Positions 63,476 through 64,000 of a stretch of DNA of 64,000 nt are shown in pieces. The first letter of the stretch is position 1. Every line of letters begins with the position of its first letter. The notes beneath the pieces were generated by a model. It was not told where the DNA came from, made no database searches, and worked only from the letters and a program-made list of their open reading frames with translations. The DNA comes from an uncultured Candidatus Poseidoniales archaeon (GTDB taxonomy: Archaea; Thermoplasmatota; Poseidoniia; Poseidoniales; Thalassarchaeaceae). The stretch is from positions 28,404 to 92,403 of the forward strand of contig CABXDN010000004.1 in the NCBI GenBank assembly GCA_902511005.1, in the 5' to 3' direction. The position numbers and the translations under genes were made by a program.

Positions 63476-64000
63476 TTCTGTTCTTCTAATAATGGGATAA
63501 CTTCTTTATCTCCTACACTAGAATTATCTAATCCATATGAATTATATTTGCTATTGATTATGAAAGGGACAATTAAGCAAGATAGAGGTAGAATTGCTAC
63601 CAATATGTATGCAGTGAATTTAGGCAAAACCAGCCTTTCCTCGACATCTACTAAGAGTTCGATATTCAATACGCCACCCGCTGCTGATTGATCTGTATTC
63701 CGGTTATTATCCCAATTATCAAAAACCAGATAATATTCCGTTTGAGTTTCACCAAACCAAGATGATGAGACGGAATCTATTGCTACCGAAAAGTAACCTT
63801 CTGTGACCTTTTCATAACTGTGTACGTCTCTAAATGGCATCCAAGTTGCAGTATCTCTATATTCAACAGGTAAGAATCCAATTACATCTAACCAATCTTC
63901 AGTTCTAAGATCGTAATTACCCTCATAGAAATCCCAATTGCCATCCGTCATCAAGTATATGTCGCCTTTAGCACCGTTACTTGGTGGTGATTCAGGGTCT
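63472..64000 (-). CDS. Hypothetical protein with a C-terminal transmembrane anchor. Partial: the N-terminus lies beyond the right edge.
   Basis: The reading frame stays open upstream of the track start to the window end. The soluble part is Trp/Asp/Tyr-rich, followed by a hydrophobic C-terminal helix AYILVAILPLSCLIVPFII and a short tail. Confidence 0.4.
   Translation of the reverse strand, partial: DPESPPSNGAKGDIYLMTDGNWDFYEGNYDLRTEDWLDVIGFLPVEYRDTATWMPFRDVHSYEKVTEGYFSVAIDSVSSSWFGETQTEYYLVFDNWDNNRNTDQSAAGGVLNIELLVDVEERLVLPKFTAYILVAILPLSCLIVPFIINSKYNSYGLDNSSVGDKEVIPLLEEQN

Overview
The window reads as a gene-dense stretch of an archaeal chromosome with moderate-to-low GC. I infer, without proof, an uncultivated marine euryarchaeote of the Thermoplasmata/Poseidoniales type, because the archaeal core is mixed with many bacterial-type genes. 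The archaeal core is a complete A1Ao ATP synthase operon (H-I-K-E-C-F-A-B-D, about 20.6-29.3 kb), aIF2-gamma, ribosomal S6e and L10e, Pelota, Dph2, Orc1/Cdc6, RPA-like ssDNA-binding proteins, GatD, archaeal lipid genes (GGPP synthase and geranylgeranyl reductase) and class II HMG-CoA reductase. The bacterial-type genes are gyrB-gyrA, mutS-mutL, RNase PH, formate-THF ligase and a MogA homolog that aligns closely with E. coli MogA. Also present are SMC-ScpA-ScpB, three dispersed shikimate genes (aroE, aroA, aroD), tRNA-Phe(GAA) and tRNA-Ser(GCT), both with encoded CCA, and a partial Rieske oxygenase at the left edge. I found no rRNA, CRISPR array, transposase or integrase. The most interesting region is about 41.4-44.0 kb. 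It holds a 365-bp AT-rich intergenic segment with at least six copies of a CGTTAA/GTTAAC-core repeat flanking an extremely AT-rich tract, shaped like a replication origin. Next to it lies a 650-aa Orc1/Cdc6-like AAA+ protein with degenerate Walker A (K to R) and Walker B (DE to DY), a roughly 300-aa acidic disordered insert and a C-terminal winged helix, followed 10 bp later by a small conserved-looking protein. A canonical Orc1/Cdc6 lies 2.5 kb downstream. Other candidates are an 800-aa membrane protein after the ATPase operon that looks like an M50/S2P protease with its HExxH lost and a large sequon-rich ectodomain, two low-GC blocks of unassignable genes (8.5-11.0 kb next to tRNA-Phe, and a SAP-domain protein plus a 357-aa unknown at 15.5-17.6 kb), a 10-nt poly-C tract inside a membrane-protein CDS, and a perfect 9-bp inverted repeat directly upstream of gyrB.
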